Under the pieces are notes generated by a model that worked only from the letters and a program-made list of their open reading frames with translations, searched no databases and was not told the origin of the DNA. The position numbers and the translations under genes were made by a program. A stretch of DNA of 64,000 nucleotides from Carcharhinus amblyrhynchos (lineage: Eukaryota): contig OZ336884.1 in assembly GCA_965287045.1 (NCBI GenBank), positions 54,622,001 to 54,686,000 on the forward strand. The letters run 5' to 3'. Shown here in pieces: positions 60,696 to 64,000 of this stretch (position 1 is the first letter of the stretch; every line of letters begins with the position of its first letter).

Positions 60696-63084
60696 TGATC
60701 CAGTAATCTCCTGGCTCATGACTCCAGTCTGTTATTCAAACACAATGAGGGCAGCAAGCAAGTGACATGAAATGTCATCAAGCAGCACATTCATATGCTT
60801 AAGCAATGCTTCAACTGCAAAGGCATTAATGAACCAGATGGATTTTTACAAATTTTTGATAATTTCATGGTCACCATTACTGAGATTACCTTTTATATTG
60901 CAGATTTATTAATTGAATTTAAATTTCACCAGCTGCTGTGGTGGGATTTGTACCCAGGTCCCCAGATCATTAACATGAATCTCTGGATTATCAGGCCAGT
61001 GATAATCTCTGGATTATCAGTCCCAAACATCTTGTCTTTCTTGGTGGTTGGAAGGTGTTGCCAAAGAATCTGTAGGGACTATGTCCAGCAACCATGATAA
61101 ACCAGTGGCAGAGACAATATGAATCCAACTGTCTTGATTAAAGGGATTGGTATTAATTTGGTACATATAGGACTCTAGAAATGAAGACAAAATCTGGGAA
61201 CATTTTGTGGTAGGATACAGTTGTTTGGAAATTTGAGGCTTTCATGTTTGTGTTCATGCTTGTGCTTATCTGTCTTCTAAAAATATAAAGACATGTAAGA
61301 TGATGAGAGTTTAGCCAGATTGCTTCTGGTTAATGAGGAGAAAAAGAGGAAGGCATTGTTTCATCTGGCAATTTTATGTTTTATTAGAGATTTCCTATAT
61401 TCTTTACAAAGTTGTCATGTTTTCTTACAGCAGTGTTACGTATAAGGTCTGCCTGCACAGTCACTTAGGGTAATTAGTGTTAATGGAGAGGAGACACCGA
61501 TAATAGTGTACCACACAGTTAGCCTATCTGGTTACATGTAAAATTGACTGGTGCTTTAGCCCTGCAATGTTTTGCGAACTTCCTGCTATCTTGCTGTACC
61601 ATATTGTGAAGGAATTAAATGGATTATGCAACCTATTACATGTATGTGGATCTACTCAAATTAACTCTAATAAGTTGGCAATTCATGTTTCTCTGTGATC
61701 TACCCCTACTATTTAATGTATGATGACAGAAGTGATTTTGAATTTTATGATACATTGTGTTCCCACTATGCTTCTAACCTCTCGTAATGACCTGTGAAAT
61801 ATTTCAGTTGTAATTTTCACTTAACCAGGCTGGCAGGGAATTTACAGAATCAGATCAACACCTGCTACACTGGAAATTAATATTGGGCAGGGGGTAAAAT
61901 GGTCAGTTTCCCATTTGATGGGATAGGTTAAAACTAGCCAAATTGAAATCTCTGGCGACGTGCCCTTTTAAGTCTTTCTGATGTTCATGTGTGCCCAGGT
62001 CAAAAAAGAGTTGCTGCTCTACTTTCAAACCCGCAGTTTTTTATTGAACTGCGTGCAGCATTATGTAGATTGATCTTTTGGAGTCAGTGAAATAAACTAA
62101 TAAGTTAACCCTCCTTGGATCATTCTCTGCTGCATTTAGATTTCATTTTGGCATATTTTTGAGGAGTGAATGCCACATTTCTGGGCATATCTCTTTTTCT
62201 CAGTGGGAAAATTTTTTGGAACTGAATATCCAGCGAATGTCAGACAAGGAATATTGGGTTCAGGCTTGTTCAAAGCAGGTCAAAATACAAGTTGTTGGCA
62301 TTGCTGTCATGCAAGAAGAAAAGAGAAACAATATTTATTCAAGTGTGTGCAGACACCTATATGCACATGCACGTAGACATGATTAACAACGTGTGTTCAA
62401 GCTTTTTGTCTGTCTAGAAGGTAGAAGTGTATATTCTGAAACTTCAAGGATCTCACATAAAGTTTAAATAAACATTCATATTAAGTTGCATATATTCCAA
62501 GCTGTAGATGCTGATTCTTCTTGGTGTTCTGATTTAGAATGTATTTGCCAATGAGACAGTAATAAAAACTGATATTTGTAAACCTTCTGTTCCAACTACT
62601 CAGATTAGGCAAAGCATCAGAAGAAAATAAGTGCAACCGAGTCATCAGGGTTTCACAGATCAAATTGGCAGGGTTTGTGGATGACAGTTTGAACAGCTCC
62701 AGTTTACAGTAAAACCAAGATTGGTCTCTTTCTCAGTAACAGCATGAATAACTACATTTTTACAAATAAGTGCATATGGCATCTTTGCACCTGTCATGTT
62801 ACTATGTGTACAATATAGAAAACAGATTGTGGGCCATCTACATTTATTACACAGGTTACACTTCCGTAAAGGAGGTAATATAGTAATAGTCTCATTAATG
62901 GTCTGGATGGATCAGTCAGTTATTGCAAATGTTACTTAAATTCTTTCCAGAGTTTGAGATGCTTGAATCTGAAACTTAGGCAGTCGCTACTGTTTTTGTT
63001 CTGGAGAAATGCAAAGTATATTGCCTAACATTTTTAATGAATGTAGATAAATTTTTGTCTAAGATAACTGATATTCATCACTCG

Positions 63085-64000
63085 CAGTGAACAGGCTGAC
63101 TAGGATAGCCAGAGCCTTATAATCTCCTTTCATCTTGGCCTTTTCACTCCTTGACAGAGCATAGGCCACAGACAAGATCTCTCCATCTATTGCTGTTTTG
63201 GGCCCAACTCTCCAGTTGTTGACATGTATAGTCCTTCGCTCTCACCTTTTCTGTGTCTTGCCTCCATATGTTTCTTGATCTGCCTTGCTTTCGCTTTCCT
63301 TGCTGGTTCCATGTGAAAGTCTGCCATGTAATGTTGTTTTTCAGCTTCCTCGAGGTATGGCCTATTCAATTCTACTTTCGTCTTTTCCTTTGCAGGGTCA
63401 TTGGATCTTGTTTTGTCCCCTCTCATAGCCTAATATTATTGATGGTTTTTTGCCAGTGTATTCCAAGGCTTCACCTGAGGCATCTGTTGGAGAAGGATTG
63501 GATTTTTGCCAACATTATTTTGGTGATCCTCTGTGTTTCGGAGTCATAAAGGAGAACACACTATGTAGGAGTTGAAGGTTTTTAATTTTAAGGCCTTTGT
63601 GATTTCTGTTCGTTTCCAGGCATTGGAGTGAGCAATAAATGCTACTCTAGCCTTCGCAATTCTGATCTTTACATCCTTGATTGTCCCACCAGTAGTACTT
63701 ACGATACTGCTCAGGTAAAATCGTTACTTCATCCAGCTTAGTGTTCTTTATCTTAATGGAATTGTTGATCCTGGTATTTATTCACATTATCTTTGTTTTT
63801 TGTTTTAAGGCCAACTTCGTCTGATATTTGCACCAAGTGACCAGTTTTGTCTTGCATCTGTATGTGGTTGTGTGATAATAAAGCCAAATCATTCGCAAAG
63901 TCTAAATCTTCCAGCTGTCCTGTGAGGATCCATTGTGTGCCATTTCATGTTTGATGTTGTTTGTCTCAAAATCCAATCAATCGCCAGCAAAAATAGGAGT
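63085..64000 (-). mobile_element. Degenerate RTE-clade LINE (RT C-terminal region), runs off the window
   Basis: The minus strand encodes LEDLDFANDLALLSH and WNWIGHT...W.QQGKRKQGR..NIW, typical of RTE ORF ends. Confidence 0.8.

Overview
This is eukaryotic genomic DNA, almost certainly from a cartilaginous fish (shark-type HE1/V-SINEs, CR1/L2 LINEs, Penelope-like elements). The whole window lies inside one + strand gene. Six small GT-AG exons (10537-10704, 17889-17990, 19396-19474, 27121-27210, 35843-36058, 45184-45263) splice in frame into 245 codons encoding the Ras-binding and PDZ domains of a divergent TIAM1-like Rac GEF. The introns hold degenerate CR1/L2-type, RTE and Rex1-like LINEs, V-SINEs, Harbinger-like and hAT MITEs, and a decayed Mag-type Gypsy element. 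The most striking signal is a set of Penelope-like element (PLE) 'foldback' insertions from two families. Most consist of an inverted pair of 3' ends, an unpaired tail of about 30-40 nt and a 12-16 bp target duplication, and several carry a minimal hammerhead ribozyme. One copy is a spacer-less 192-bp palindrome with one mismatch and a hammerhead on each strand. Another keeps an open GIY-YIG C-terminus and sits inside a second, older 187-bp inverted repeat. All repeat and family assignments come from reading motifs by eye and from memory, not from database searches.
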